A stretch of DNA of 64,000 nucleotides from an uncultured Planctomycetota bacterium (GCA_963823665.1 CAWGMQ010000004.1:960001-1024000), one strand, 5' to 3'. Positions 11,536 to 25,722 are shown, counted from the stretch's first letter. Made by a program: numbers and translations. The notes: generated by a model from the letters alone, not told the origin.

Positions 11536-12189
11536 TTACGCAGATGCGGATCGAGCGACCGCGAGCGGTCTTCGCTTTCCAGCGCTCACCTTGAATGGCT
11601 CGAGCACGTCTGCCTCGGCGTCGTAAATCGCGCACCACCCATCGCAGACCGCGCCCACGACAAACAGATACCGGTTGTGTGCATCGAGCGTGAACGCCCG
11701 CTCGCCGCTCCAGTCCAGCGCTCCACCCGGCGTCACTGCCAGCCAGCGATGAAAGTGCCCCACAAAGATGCGCCGGTGTGGAAACGGCGCAAAATTGCGC
11801 GCCGCATCCTCCGCGGTCTTCGGAGCGCGCTCAACGTACCAGGGCTGTTCGATGTCGGTGGGGTCGATGCATGGCAGTACATGGCTGAATAGCAAATCGC
11901 CGATCTCGTGCCGCGCGGTCAACAGGTGCATGTAGTCGAGCGTTCGCCAGTCGAAATAGCCTTCGACCGACTCGCCGCGTCCTGCATAAAGCGCGAACTC
12001 GTGATTGCCCCAAACGCCTTCCACTCTCGCTTGCCTGAGCAAATCAACCGCGTCGGCGAACTGGTCGCCCGACTCGAAGATATCGCCCAGCGTGATCAAC
12101 CGGTCGACGCCCTCGCGCTTGCAACAATTGATTGCCGCCTCGAGGCCGGCGACGTCCTCGTGAATATCCGCCAGGAGTCCAATCCGCAT
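11536..12189 (-). CDS. Metallophosphoesterase family protein
   Basis: ADIH, LGD, GNHE, GHFH calcineurin-like motifs. Confidence 0.88.
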   Translation of the reverse strand: MRIGLLADIHEDVAGLEAAINCCKREGVDRLITLGDIFESGDQFADAVDLLRQARVEGVWGNHEFALYAGRGESVEGYFDWRTLDYMHLLTARHEIGDLLFSHVLPCIDPTDIEQPWYVERAPKTAEDAARNFAPFPHRRIFVGHFHRWLAVTPGGALDWSGERAFTLDAHNRYLFVVGAVCDGWCAIYDAEADVLEPFKVSAGKRRPLAVARSASA

Positions 12190-12337
12190 CGGCGCGATTC
12201 CGTTAACAAAGATTGACAGCTCGAACCATTTCCCGGTCTCTGCTCACTTAAGCTAGTACGTTCGCCGAGATCGTGCGTGACAAACTCGCTACAAAAAGCG
12301 ATCGTGCAATCATGCAGCCAACGTGTAAGGGCGTGAT

Positions 12338-12390
12338 GTTCGCAAAACACGAACACAGCGCTTGCTCGTTCGTGTTTCGCGAATTAGAAT
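12338..12390 (+). promoter_or_regulatory. higBA sigma70-type promoter with two palindromic operators
   Basis: TTGCTC(12362)-N17-TAGAAT(12385). Palindromes GTTCG-N7-CGAAC (12338-12354) and GTTCG-N7-CGAAT (12368-12384, in the spacer) are also inverted copies of each other. Confidence 0.75.
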
Positions 12391-12423
12391 TGGCCGTGCG
12401 GTTGAACTCAGGGGCTGTGTGGC

Positions 12424-12795
12424 GTGCGCGTCATTTCGAAGTCGCGGCTCAGAGAATTCTGGATTTCTCCCAGCTTTGAAGATTGCGAAGGGCCGCTGCG
12501 CTCCTGGTTTCATCACGTCAACAGCAAGACGATCGCATGGCGATCTTGGTCGGATGTGAAATCGTCATTCGGCAATGCAAGCTTGGTCGGAAACTGCACG
12601 GTTTTCAACATCGCCGGCAACAAATACCGGCTCGTTACACGGGTTCTTTATGCCGGCCAGAAAGTTTTCATTCTCAAAGTCATGACGCACAAGGAATATG
12701 ACCAGGACAAGTGGAAGGACGATTGCGGGTGCTTCTCTCCGCCACGACGCGCTTCACGCATTACAAACCACCAACCAAAACGCGGGGAAGGCTGA
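12424..12795 (+). CDS. higB: Type II toxin HigB (RelE superfamily)
   Basis: RVISKSRLREFW, VFNIAGNKYRLV, THKEYD. Confidence 0.92.
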   Translation: MRVISKSRLREFWISPSFEDCEGPLRSWFHHVNSKTIAWRSWSDVKSSFGNASLVGNCTVFNIAGNKYRLVTRVLYAGQKVFILKVMTHKEYDQDKWKDDCGCFSPPRRASRITNHQPKRGEG

Positions 12796-12798
12796 CCA

Positions 12799-13230
12799 AT
12801 GGCGTCGAAGACGCATTTTTCTCTTACCGGCAAGACGCGGGACGCGTACCTCGAACGTGTTCTTGCATTTCCTCTGGCATCGATCCACTCCGACAAACAG
12901 CTCGCTGCAGCACAGGCAGTCATCGACCATCTGCTCGCACAAGGAAGGCTGAATGCCGGCGAGGAGCTTTATCTCGACGCGTTATCCGACCTCGTGGCTT
13001 CCTACGAGGATCGCCACCACGCGATCGCGCCGCCGTCCGATTCCGACATGTTGCGCCATTTCATGGACGCGAAAGGTGTCACGCAGGCCGACCTGAGCCG
13101 AGAGACCGGAATCCCCAAATCCAGCGTCTCGGAAGTTCTTGGCGGCAAGAAGCCGTTGAGCCGGCAAATGATCCGCAAGCTCGCGGCTTACTTCCAAGTT
13201 GACGCAAGCTTGCTGGCCGCTAACCTTTGA
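12799..13230 (+). CDS. higA: Antitoxin HigA (C-terminal HTH-XRE)
   Basis: LDALSDLVASYE and TQADLSRETGIPKSSVSEVLGGKKPLS HTH; toxin-first gene order. Confidence 0.92.
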   Translation: MASKTHFSLTGKTRDAYLERVLAFPLASIHSDKQLAAAQAVIDHLLAQGRLNAGEELYLDALSDLVASYEDRHHAIAPPSDSDMLRHFMDAKGVTQADLSRETGIPKSSVSEVLGGKKPLSRQMIRKLAAYFQVDASLLAANL

Positions 13231-13329
13231 GCGCATTTAGGCCTGGGCTTTGGCCGGCGAGGCGTGAACGCGGCGCCGCTCATCGAATTGAGTTTTCGCA
13301 TAAGTATGTGCTGCCGCCGCCTGCTCGTC

Positions 13330-13656
13330 TTATCGCCCGGGAAATAGCACGCGCAACAGTGTAGAGGTCGCCCAGACGACCACCGCCAGGGCGGCGATGA
13401 ACACCATCGTCTTGCGCAGCGACCGGAAGCTGCCTCGTTCCCGCGCCGCCAGCAGAATCGCCAGGCCGAGTCCGATGACGGTGCCGATGATTCCCCCCGT
13501 GACGACCTGGTTAATCTGGCTGAATTCATCGGATCGGAATAGCCATGACCGGAAAAAACCGAACCCGAGCCCTGCCATCATCCCGCCAATCGTGAGAATC
13601 GCAATCCCGACGGCGTTTCCCTGCAGTCGCGATTCGTCGTTTTGCACCACCGGCAA
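13330..13656 (-). CDS. Small membrane protein (3 TM)
   Basis: 108 aa with three hydrophobic segments. Confidence 0.6.
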   Translation of the reverse strand: MPVVQNDESRLQGNAVGIAILTIGGMMAGLGFGFFRSWLFRSDEFSQINQVVTGGIIGTVIGLGLAILLAARERGSFRSLRKTMVFIAALAVVVWATSTLLRVLFPGR

Positions 13657-13831
13657 CGCCTCCCGACTCGATGCGTGATCAGTCGTCTTGACAGATCGTG
13701 TGCTGCCGACTTGCTATCTTGCAATCCCCTCGCCGCAAAGACGATGCTGATTGACTCATTGATTCGATCGGTCGCGTGCCGTGTGTTTCGGCTGGCTGGC
13801 ATGGCTCAGGAGTATCTCGGGGTGCGTTTCG

Positions 13832-16192
13832 ATGTCTGATGTCGAGCCCCAGCCGGTGCGCTGGCACGACTGGCTCCGCGGCGCCGTCCACCGCGCCGCG
13901 CCACTTGCGCTGGCGATGGCGCTGGTGGGAACCGCGCTCGGGGGGCTGCTGATCGGGTATGAGCCCGTCGGCGGCGACCCGGACCGGCTTTACCGCCCAC
14001 TCAAGAGCGAGCTCTCGCGCAGCCTGGCTTCAGGCGAGCTTCCGTTCTGGAGCAACCGCTTCGGCCTCGGCGTCCCGCTCATCGCCGAAAGCCACGTCGC
14101 CGCGTTTTATCCGCCGAATCTCGTGTTATACCGCCTGTTCGATGTCTCGACGGCGTATCGCCTTTCGATGTGGCTGCACTACGTGGCGCTCCTCGCCACA
14201 ACGTATGCCTACGGCCGGAGCCTCAGGCTCTCGCCCTGGGGAAGTGCACTCGCTGGTATCGCCTTCAGTCTCTGCGGGTTCCAGACGATCCATTCCAGCC
14301 ACGAACCGTTCTACTGCCTGATGCCGTACTTACCGCTGGCGCTGGCTCTTGCCGAGTCATACATGGCGGACGGCCGCCTGGGCTGGCTCGCGCTCCTGGC
14401 GCTTGTCCTGGGCGTTCAGTGGACTCTCGGCCATTTTCAAATCCAGGCTTGGACAAACGTTCTGGTGATCCTCACCGGGCTCTGGCGATGGACCGTCGAT
14501 CGCGGCTCGTGGAGACGGGCTCTCTTGCTCATACTCGCGACGGTATGGGGCACCGCTCTGGCGGCCGTTCAGCTCGGGCCGAGCTGGCAATTCTCGGACT
14601 TGGTCGGCCAGACGAAGCGCGCGCCGAGCGAGCTGCTCTACTACCATTTCCCGCTGGTCAACTGGTTCGACCTGGTCCTGCCGCAGCTCATCCGCGACTT
14701 GCGCAATGGCCCCGATGACCATTACTGGTTCGCCCATCAAACCGAGGCTTACGAAGTCGCTCTTTACATCGGGACGATTCCCTTGATTCTCGTCTTCCTG
14801 GCGATCGCCTCACGGCCGTCGAGCCGGGCAACTCTCCCGTGGAAACTTGTGATCGCGATCAGTCTCGTCCTCGCGACCATGATGGCCTGGTGGCCTGAAG
14901 GCTACCTGGGCCTGGTCCGTGTTCCCCCGTTTAGCTATTTCCGGGTTCCCGCCCGGTACACGCTGCTCTCCACCTTCGGGCTGGCCGTGCTTGCCGGCGA
15001 AGGCTTCGATCGGACGATCTCGCGCGGCCGGTTCCGCGCGGGCCTCGGATCGGCATTCCTCTTCGCCGCGCTCGCGTTCGCCGCCGCGGTGTTCTGGATG
15101 AACCGGCCGGAGGTGCAACTCCGGCCGCTCGTGGGCCGTATTCCGGGCGGGTTTCTCTGGGGCGCTCTGGCCTGGTCGAGCGCGCTCGCGGCGGTCGTCG
15201 GCTGGCGCAAGAGCTGGGTTCCACCCTGGGCGTTGCTGGTCATCGCGGCCGGAGAGCTCGGAATCCTCTTCTATCATGGGACGACGGAGTGGGGCAAAGC
15301 AATCGCGCTCCCCGGCCAGAGCGGTGTTTTGACCGAGCTTGCGCGCCGCTCGCCACAAGCGCTCATCGGCGGCGACCTGGGAAATCTCCCGGTACGGTTC
15401 GGATTGAAGACCGCACGCCCGTATCTCGGATTCGCGCACTTGCCGCTCAACCGGTTGCTTCTGCGCTTGCAGGACCGGCCGCTTCGGGGCGGGGAACTCG
15501 CAATCGACGAGCGAACGCGCGGGCTTACACACAATCAGATCAAGCGCTGGCTCAGGCGCTGGCGGGTCTCGGTTCTGGTCGGCTCGCATCCCACCATACG
15601 AGAGCTTGGAAAAAGCCTCGGCGACTGGCACGACCCGACCCTGGACCGGCTCGTTGCGCGCGACCCGTTCCAGACTGCGCCCCGCGACTGGTCTATCGTG
15701 CTCCTGGCTGACCCGATCCCCGAAGTACGGGCGGCCAAACGAGCTTACACCGCCGCCACCCTGGGCGACCTCCTCAATCGGTTCACCCGCGAAGACGACC
15801 TCGACGTGGCCTGGTTCCTGGGGGAAGACGACGTTCCGGGACGGCCGGCGGCTGAGTCGGCCCGGGTGGTCTCATGGAGCGGTGATCGCGGCACGGTCGA
15901 GCACGAGGGAGCGTGCGACCTGGTGATCGCCCGGTCGTTTGATCCCGGCTGGAAGGCCCGGATCAATGACGGACCACCCGAGCAGGTGCTGCACGTTGAT
16001 GGAGGCTATCAAGGTGTCCGCATCCCTGGAAGCGGCGTCGACCGGGTTGTCCTCGAGTATCGACCGCTCGGCTGGGTTTGGTTCGTGAGAATGTCGTCGC
16101 TTTCCGCCGCGGCGGTGCTCCTGGCGCTGCTCGCGTCCCTGGCCGGTCGAGTGTGGCGGAAATCAACCACCGCGAAATCGGTTACGGGCTGA
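13832..16192 (+). CDS. YfhO-like (GT-C fold) membrane glycosyltransferase
   Basis: LPFWSNRFGLGVP, AFYPPN, many TM helices, FRVPARY, C-terminal FDPGWKARI...GVRIP...LEYRP. Confidence 0.8.
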   Translation: MSDVEPQPVRWHDWLRGAVHRAAPLALAMALVGTALGGLLIGYEPVGGDPDRLYRPLKSELSRSLASGELPFWSNRFGLGVPLIAESHVAAFYPPNLVLYRLFDVSTAYRLSMWLHYVALLATTYAYGRSLRLSPWGSALAGIAFSLCGFQTIHSSHEPFYCLMPYLPLALALAESYMADGRLGWLALLALVLGVQWTLGHFQIQAWTNVLVILTGLWRWTVDRGSWRRALLLILATVWGTALAAVQLGPSWQFSDLVGQTKRAPSELLYYHFPLVNWFDLVLPQLIRDLRNGPDDHYWFAHQTEAYEVALYIGTIPLILVFLAIASRPSSRATLPWKLVIAISLVLATMMAWWPEGYLGLVRVPPFSYFRVPARYTLLSTFGLAVLAGEGFDRTISRGRFRAGLGSAFLFAALAFAAAVFWMNRPEVQLRPLVGRIPGGFLWGALAWSSALAAVVGWRKSWVPPWALLVIAAGELGILFYHGTTEWGKAIALPGQSGVLTELARRSPQALIGGDLGNLPVRFGLKTARPYLGFAHLPLNRLLLRLQDRPLRGGELAIDERTRGLTHNQIKRWLRRWRVSVLVGSHPTIRELGKSLGDWHDPTLDRLVARDPFQTAPRDWSIVLLADPIPEVRAAKRAYTAATLGDLLNRFTREDDLDVAWFLGEDDVPGRPAAESARVVSWSGDRGTVEHEGACDLVIARSFDPGWKARINDGPPEQVLHVDGGYQGVRIPGSGVDRVVLEYRPLGWVWFVRMSSLSAAAVLLALLASLAGRVWRKSTTAKSVTG

Positions 16193-17898
16193 GCTTCTCG
16201 AGCTCGTTGTGGATCGTCTCCATCAGCGGTCCCATGATTTCCTTGGTGAAATCGAACCGGATTCCGGCGGCGGCAAAAAGCTCGGGCAATGGCCGAGAGC
16301 CCCCCAGCGCCAGGGCCTTCTTGTAGTCGGCCACGGCTCTCGCGCGATCGGAAAGGGACCGTTTCCAGACTTGCAGAGCACCGAGCTGCGCGATGCCGTA
16401 CTCGATGTAATAGAACGGATACAAGAAAATGTGAAGCTGACGATGCCAGGAATGGTCGCGGGCGTCCTCGTAACCCGAGTAGTCGACGATGCCGCCGAAG
16501 CGTTCCTGCAGGTCTCTCCACGCGGCCCTGCGATCTTCCCGCGTGTGGTCGGGATGGCGGTAGATCCAGTGCTGGAACGCGTCGACCGTGGCAATCCACG
16601 GCAGGATGAGCACGATCCCTTCGAGCAGCTTGCGGCCCGATCGGTCGCTGTCAGCCCGGTTGTAGAACGCCTCGAGCTGACCGGCGCCCAGGAGCTCCAT
16701 CGACATCGAGGCAACCTCGCAAAATTCCAGGGGAATTTGACGGTAGGCCGCCAACGCAAGATCGCGGCAGGCGAGCGTATGGAAGGCATGCCCCCCTTCG
16801 TGGAGCAATATGCGCAGGTCCGAGTCGAGACCGACTGCATTCATGAAGATGAATGGCAGCCGCGCGTCCTCGAACGTTGTCTGGTATCCCCCCGGTGCTT
16901 TGCCTTTGCGGTTCGCCAGGTCGAGGAGCTTCTGGGAGCGTAGAAACGCGAACTGCTCGCCCAGCTCCAGGTCGACCTCGCGGAGAATCGTCTCGGTTCC
17001 GGCGCCCAGTTTCTCCACTTCGTCGAACGGCTTGAGGGGAGGACGTCCGAATCGATCCACGGAGAGGTCCCACGGGCGAAGGGACTCGACCCCGAGGGAT
17101 TCCCGTTGCTCGCGCTGGATCTTCCTGGCGAGTGGCACCACGACATGCTCGACGGCTTCATGAAATCGGATCGACTCGGCGGGACCGTAGTCGAACCGCT
17201 CGCGGTCGCGGAACGCAAACTCGACGTAATTCGAAAATCCTGCCTCTTTTGCGATCTCGATGCGAAGCGTCTTCATCTCGTCGAAGAGGTCGTCGAGCGT
17301 CTCGCGGTCTTGCATGCGGCGACGGGCGGAAAGCTCCCATGCCTCCTGGCGGACCGCTCGGTCGGTCTCTTCGAGGAACGGGGCCATCTGGGGCAGTGTG
17401 CGTTCCTGGCCACGAAAGTTGACCGTCATCGCGCCGATCAACTTCTGGTATTTCTGGTCCAGCTCGGCGATATGGGTCTCGCGGGGAATGTTGGCCTCTC
17501 GGAAGAGGGCGCGGCGATTGGCGAGCGATCGGTCGAAAACCGCGTAGCGGTCCTTCGGCAATTGCGACGCGTTCCGGCGCGTCAAGGTAACGGTTCCGGA
17601 TGTCGTTCAAGAGCGGCTTGAGCTTGGGCTCGATCTCGCGGACGAACGCCAGATGGGCGGCTTCTCGTGCAGGGTCGTCGGTCTGGAGGGTCATCGCGAC
17701 GCGACGCCTTTCTCCTTCCTCACCGACAACGGCATTCAGCTCGTCAACCGCGGCCAGCCACTGCTCGAGCTCGGCAGGCGAGCGGAAGGGCTTGGCCAGG
17801 AGCTTATCGTACCAGGGCGCAATGTCTTCCCAGGTCTTGAGCTCAATCCCTTCGGGCAGCCACTGATGGGGGTGCTTCTTCGGCTCGTAACGACTCAA
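16182..17898 (-). CDS. M3 family oligoendopeptidase (PepF-like); frameshift near 17570
   Basis: RKGKAPGGY, LLHEGGHAFH zinc motif, EVASMSME, PFYYIEY. TTG start with aaggagg RBS. Confidence 0.92.
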
Positions 17899-17927
17899 TT
17901 GGGAACCTCCTTGGGGCTAACCTTGGC

Positions 17928-18227
17928 TCACGGGAGTGTGGCCTGGACAAGCCAGGCACCGGCGAATAGCCACGATGCCATGACCGCCGTCGCGATCAAC
18001 ACGACGAGTGCCGTGTTCGCAACGGCCTCGACATGGGCAAAAAGCCCCTTGGCTTCGCCAATTCCGCCGATGGTCTGAAACAGTGCGAGCACGGCCGTCG
18101 TGCCGAAGATCGCCTCGCCGAGCGCCGTCACGAAGACGATCAAGGCGATTCGTCCGACCTGGTCGCGCACGATCGCCAGGACCAAACCAACTGCGAGGAT
18201 CACGACGACAAGATGCCACAGACGCAT
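17928..18227 (-). CDS. Small membrane protein
   Basis: MRLWHLVVVILAVGLVL...; three hydrophobic segments. The ORF extends upstream to 18284. Confidence 0.7.
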   Translation of the reverse strand: MRLWHLVVVILAVGLVLAIVRDQVGRIALIVFVTALGEAIFGTTAVLALFQTIGGIGEAKGLFAHVEAVANTALVVLIATAVMASWLFAGAWLVQATLP

Positions 18228-18440
18228 CGGAGCCAGACATCCTACGATTCGGGGTGGGGGGAACCGCCACGCCAGCCTCGGCATTTTTATGGATCATGAC
18301 GCCCTGGCGCCTCACCTGTCAACCATTGAGCCGGCCGGCTGGTTCGGGTATCTCTATTCCTTCGTCGCGACCCTTTTCCTGTGGACCGAAGGCCTCCTGG
18401 CCGCTCCGGTCCGACTCTTGCCCGCGGAGAATACCGCCCC

Positions 18441-19562
18441 ATGGCTTCCCGTAAGACGCCCGCCCCCGCCCCAAAGAAGACGCTCTCTCACGCCCAGAGC
18501 AAGCCGCCCGCTCAGCCTCAGAGCAAGACGCCCACTCAGTATAAGTTCTCATTCGGGCCCTGGAATATCAGTACCGGGGCAGATCCGTTCGGACCGCCGG
18601 TCCGTAAGGAAATGGAATACGCACAGAAACTGAAAGCCTACAAGAAGCTCGGATTCGACGCAGTCCAGTTTCACGACGACGACATCGTGCCGGCCGATAT
18701 GGACTGGCCAAATACCAAGAAAGGGATTGCGGCCGTCAAGAAGGTACTCGACGGCGAAGGGCTGTCCGTCGAGATCGTCGCCCCGCGACTCTGGGAAGAT
18801 CCGCGCACGATCGACGGCGCCTTCACGTCGAACGACCCCGGCGACCGCAAGTACGCCTTCGATCGCGCTCGCCGCTGCGTCGACATCGCTCGCGAGATCG
18901 GCTGCAAGAACTACGTGCTCTGGCTGGCCCGCGAAGGCTCCTATATCCGAGAAGCCAAGTGCGCCAAGACCGCCATCGCGCGGATCGTGGAGGCCTGGAA
19001 CGCCATTCTCGAGCACGACCGGGAAATCCGCGTTCTGGGTGAAGCCAAGCCCAATGAGCCCATGGACCAGGCGTATCTGCCCACGGTCGGCCACATGGTG
19101 GGCGTGGCCTACTCGACGATCGACCCCGCGCGTTCCGGCGTCTTGATCGAGAGCGCCCACTCGATTCTCGCCGGGCTCGATCCCGCCGACGATATGGCGT
19201 ATGCCCTCTATCACAGCAAGCTCTGGAGCGTGCACCTAAACGACCAGAACGGCCTGAAGTTCGACCAGGACAAGGTCTTCGGCTCCGTCGAGCTGCGCCG
19301 GGCCTTCAACCAGATCTGGGTCCTCGAAAAAAACGGCTACGGCCGTGGCGGTGAATGCGTGGGCCTCGACGTCAAGGCCATGCGCACCACGACTTTCGAG
19401 GAATCAACCTTTCACCTCTCGCACTCGAAGACGATGTTCCTGCGCCTGCTGGATGTCGTGCGCGGAATCGACGAACGAAAAGTCGAAGAGCTGCGCACTC
19501 ATCGCAAGTACGAGCAACTGGAAATGCTGATCTTGAATGCGCTCATGGGGCGGAAGGATTGA
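18441..19562 (+). CDS. Xylose isomerase-like TIM-barrel protein
   Basis: KFSFGPW..GADPFG, QFHDDD, WLAREG, EAKPNEP, IESAH, HLNDQNGLKFDQD. Confidence 0.85.
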   Translation: MASRKTPAPAPKKTLSHAQSKPPAQPQSKTPTQYKFSFGPWNISTGADPFGPPVRKEMEYAQKLKAYKKLGFDAVQFHDDDIVPADMDWPNTKKGIAAVKKVLDGEGLSVEIVAPRLWEDPRTIDGAFTSNDPGDRKYAFDRARRCVDIAREIGCKNYVLWLAREGSYIREAKCAKTAIARIVEAWNAILEHDREIRVLGEAKPNEPMDQAYLPTVGHMVGVAYSTIDPARSGVLIESAHSILAGLDPADDMAYALYHSKLWSVHLNDQNGLKFDQDKVFGSVELRRAFNQIWVLEKNGYGRGGECVGLDVKAMRTTTFEESTFHLSHSKTMFLRLLDVVRGIDERKVEELRTHRKYEQLEMLILNALMGRKD

Positions 19563-19602
19563 CGGGAAGTGACCCTGCCCAAAGGCGTGGCAGTCCCACT
19601 CG

Positions 19603-20454
19603 TCAGGGCGATAGGTGCTTGCGGAACGATTTTAGATTGCGGCACGTTGCCGACAGCTTGATGAGCTCCATCAGTCGATCTTCGTCTTCGATGGCCGTGA
19701 GGCCGGCTTCGACCTCAGCGGCCTCGGGTCCAAATCGAGAAGTCAGGAATGCCACGATCGCTTCTCGCTGGCCTCGCAGCCGTTCCTCCGTGAAAACTTC
19801 CTTGAGCCCGGGTGCTTCGATCATTGCCTTTCGTCCTCCCAGGATATTGAATAACCTCGGATCATCATAACGCAGGCGGGCCAGGAACTGCATCACCGCC
19901 AGCAGGTTTTCATGCTCGTTCGGCGGAGCGTCGCGATCGATCCGCTCGCGGCACTCTCGCACGATCGCTTCCGGTGATTCGTCAAACTGTGTCAGCGGTA
20001 CCCAGGGAATCAATCCGACGTCTCCGGCCGCCAGGAGCGTTCGGGCCGGAAGCTCCCACAGCCGGACGGTTTGCCACGAAAGCGGCCATGTTGTCCAACC
20101 CCGCCGGCTGCGCATCGTCGTCGACTCAACCGAAGGCGCGTTCCCTCTGGGGCTGAGCACAAGAACCAGGACATCCGGAACAACTTGCCGGTCCAGAAAA
20201 ACGAGTGCCGTGCCCCTGACCACCTGAGCGACGACTCGCGGCTCGGGGTACGTGGCGATCTCCAGAAGGTACAGGTCGAGGTCAGACTCCCCACGCCGTC
20301 GCACTTCAATCAAGCCGTCCGGAAGTCGACGTGGTTGAACGAGCTCGGCCTGAAGGGCCTTCTACGTCTCGATGTCATCCACGCCCGCCAGGCGGAGTAT
20401 CGAATCGCCGTGATGCTGAATCAGCCACTTGCCGCTCTTGTCGTATTCGTGCAT
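19603..20454 (-). pseudogene. Rpn/PD-(D/E)XK-like planctomycete family gene with an in-frame amber stop at codon 31
   Basis: Reads MHEYDKSGKWLIQHHGDSILRLAGVDDIET*KALQAELVQPRRLPDGLIEV...LLEIATY in one frame (TAG at 20362-20364). Also VRLWELPA, GLIPWVPL and a C-terminal ...SRFG... helical domain. Confidence 0.65.
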
Positions 20455-20487
20455 TGCTTCTCCGCAATCGGCTGCGAAGTGCTCCGC

Positions 20488-22091
20488 TCACCGACGTTTG
20501 TTTGCCGTCTCAGGCGCTGGCGGGCCGACAAAAGATTTCTCTGGCACGTCCCGCCGGTCGCGCGGCACCAGGCACCAGTGAATCGTCTCGAGGCGAGAAA
20601 GCCCGGGAGGAACGGGCTCGAGGCCCTCGCGCGTCGTCGTCATCCGCTCGTACATTTTGCCGAGAAGCTCTTCCTTGACGGATGCGTGCGCGGGGTCGTC
20701 GCTCAGATCGGTCGTTTCTTCCGGGTCGGCGACTTCGTCGTAGAGCCGCAGGTAGGGCCCGGGCCGCCGCCATGGTTCGGCTGTCCGATAGCCATCCTCG
20801 CGGAGGCGGCGTCCGGTGCAGACGATCAACTTGTATCGGTCCGAGCGCACCATGGCCTCTTCGTTTTCCAGGTACTCGCTGAAAACGACGTCGTGCGCCT
20901 TGGCGTCCGGCTTCTTCTCTAGCAACGGCACCAGATCAATTCCTTGTAGATCGGGAGGCACGGGCAACCTCAGCAAATGCAGCAACGTCGGCATGATGTC
21001 CACCATCTCGACGAGCTGGGAGACAGTGCGCCCGCTCTCGACATGACCCGGCCAGCGCATGATCAGCGGGATGCGGACCGCCTGCTCGTAGAAACAGTGC
21101 TTCTCGACCCGGCCGTGCTGGCCCAGCATGTAACCGTTGTCGCCGACGTACACGACCAGCGTGTTGCGGGAAAGTCCCGACTGGTCGAGCGCCTCGATCA
21201 GCGGGCCGATTCGCGAATCCACAAACGAGAGCGATGTGAAATACGCAGCCTGGATGCCTTTCACGTCATCTTCGGACAACGAAGCGAAGATCTCGGGCTG
21301 CTGCCGGCGGTCGTACTCCGAAATCGGGAACGCCGAAAACTGGCCCGCGCGAAACCGCCGGGCCCAGCCGTCCGGGAAATGGAACGGGCTATGGGGCTCG
21401 TAAAAGCTGACGACCAGTGCGAACGGGCGGTTCCTCTTTTCTTTCAGGAATTCGATGGCGCGATCGACGAAGAACGTGGACTGCATCGAATCCGGAGGCA
21501 AGCCCATCGCGCGCGCATCCGCATTGAGCCACTCGCTGGCCGGATCGAGTATCGGCCGCCAGGGGCGACGCTGGTCGCCGCCGCGCGGCTTCTGATCGCG
21601 CAGGGTGCGTTCCCAGGCCGGCGTGTCGATCCGCAACGAGAATCCATGTTTCGAGGCGCCGTTGAAGTGCATTTTCCCGATTGCCGCGGTGTCGAAATCG
21701 AGGTCGTGCAACCATTCGCCCAGCGTGAGGACGTCGTCCGACAGATGCGTTGCCAGTTGCGTCACACCAATGGCGTGGGGAAGCCGCCCCGTGATGAGCG
21801 ACTGCCGGCTGGGCGTGCACAGCGGAGAGTTGCAATACGCTCGCCTGAAGTAAGTGCCCTGCCGCGCCAGTGCGTCGAGATTCGGCGTGGCCCGCCGAGG
21901 GTCACCGTCCTTCCCCAGCGTCCAGGCGGCGTGATCGTCGGCGACGATCAAGAGCAAATTCGGGCGATCGGCCAGGGCTGGGTCCTGCCCGGCGGAAGAG
22001 ACCGCCGGCACGGCGAGCCAGAGAACGACCAACGACAGGACGACGAATTGATTTCTGCGAGCGAGCATTGCGATGCAGCGAAGCTTCGTGG

Positions 22092-22095
<4 letters not shown>
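20488..22095 (-). CDS. Sulfatase (Cys-type, FGly-dependent), exported
   Basis: RPNLLLIVADD, CTPSR, GKMH, GDNGY..GQHG..EK; signal peptide. Confidence 0.93.
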
Positions 22096-24971
<2,876 letters not shown>

Positions 24972-24984
<13 letters not shown>

Positions 24985-25616
24985 TTCGACGCGATGAGTT
25001 TAACGGCTTCCCGGATTCGCTTCATATCCACTCGCGTTCCAACCGTCTCATCGCCCGGAAGGTCCGCGGACGGCTCGTCCACCCCATAGAGGTGGCGGAT
25101 CACCGGCCCTCCTGTCGTCGCCGATAAGAGGAGCTCGGCGTGCTGCTCTGGGCTTCGGGTCAGCTTGCGGGTGCGTAGGTAGGCGGCCAGGGACCGGCAG
25201 GCCGCGGCGAACATCGTATCGTAGACCGCCCCGGCGATCGCGGGAGATCGGGCGGCGGCGGCCAGCGCGACTCGCTGGTAACCGACGGCATCTCGCCAGC
25301 ACACCAGCTCCGCGAAGCGCCCGCAGAAGAGGGCGACAGCCTCGACCGGCTCGGCTGCGTAGACGTCCGGGCTCCGGAGCTTGCCGAGGAACAGCCCCTT
25401 GATCAACTCGACCACCGCCCTGAAAAGTTCATCCTTCGACTTGAAGTGAGCGTAGACCGTTGGCTTGGTGGTTCCGGCACGGGCCGCCACGTCGTCCATG
25501 CTGGCCGCGTCCAGCCCCTTCTCCAGCAACACCAACTTGGCGGCCCAAACGATGCGGTCACGCCGCTCGTCACGGGAAAGGGACCGGAACTGCCGTTCGT
25601 CAATAATCACAAACAC
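24972..25616 (-). CDS. TetR/AcrR family regulator
   Basis: [30 protein letters not shown]. Confidence 0.92.
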
Positions 25617-25625
25617 CTCATCTTG

Positions 25626-25662
25626 ACTTGACGGTAAAGTTTATTAGACTTTACGGTGAAGT
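25626..25662. promoter_or_regulatory. Two tandem imperfect palindromes ACTTnACGGTnAAGT, probable TetR operators
   Basis: acttgacggtaaagt (25626-25640) and actttacggtgaagt (25648-25662) lie between the divergent tetR and SDR genes, overlapping TTGACT-N16-TAGACT. Confidence 0.72.
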
Positions 25663-25722
25663 ACGCACGAGTAGTATATCCGGCGTTAACGGTCGACATC
25701 AACAGCAAGGGGAGGAGTCGAG

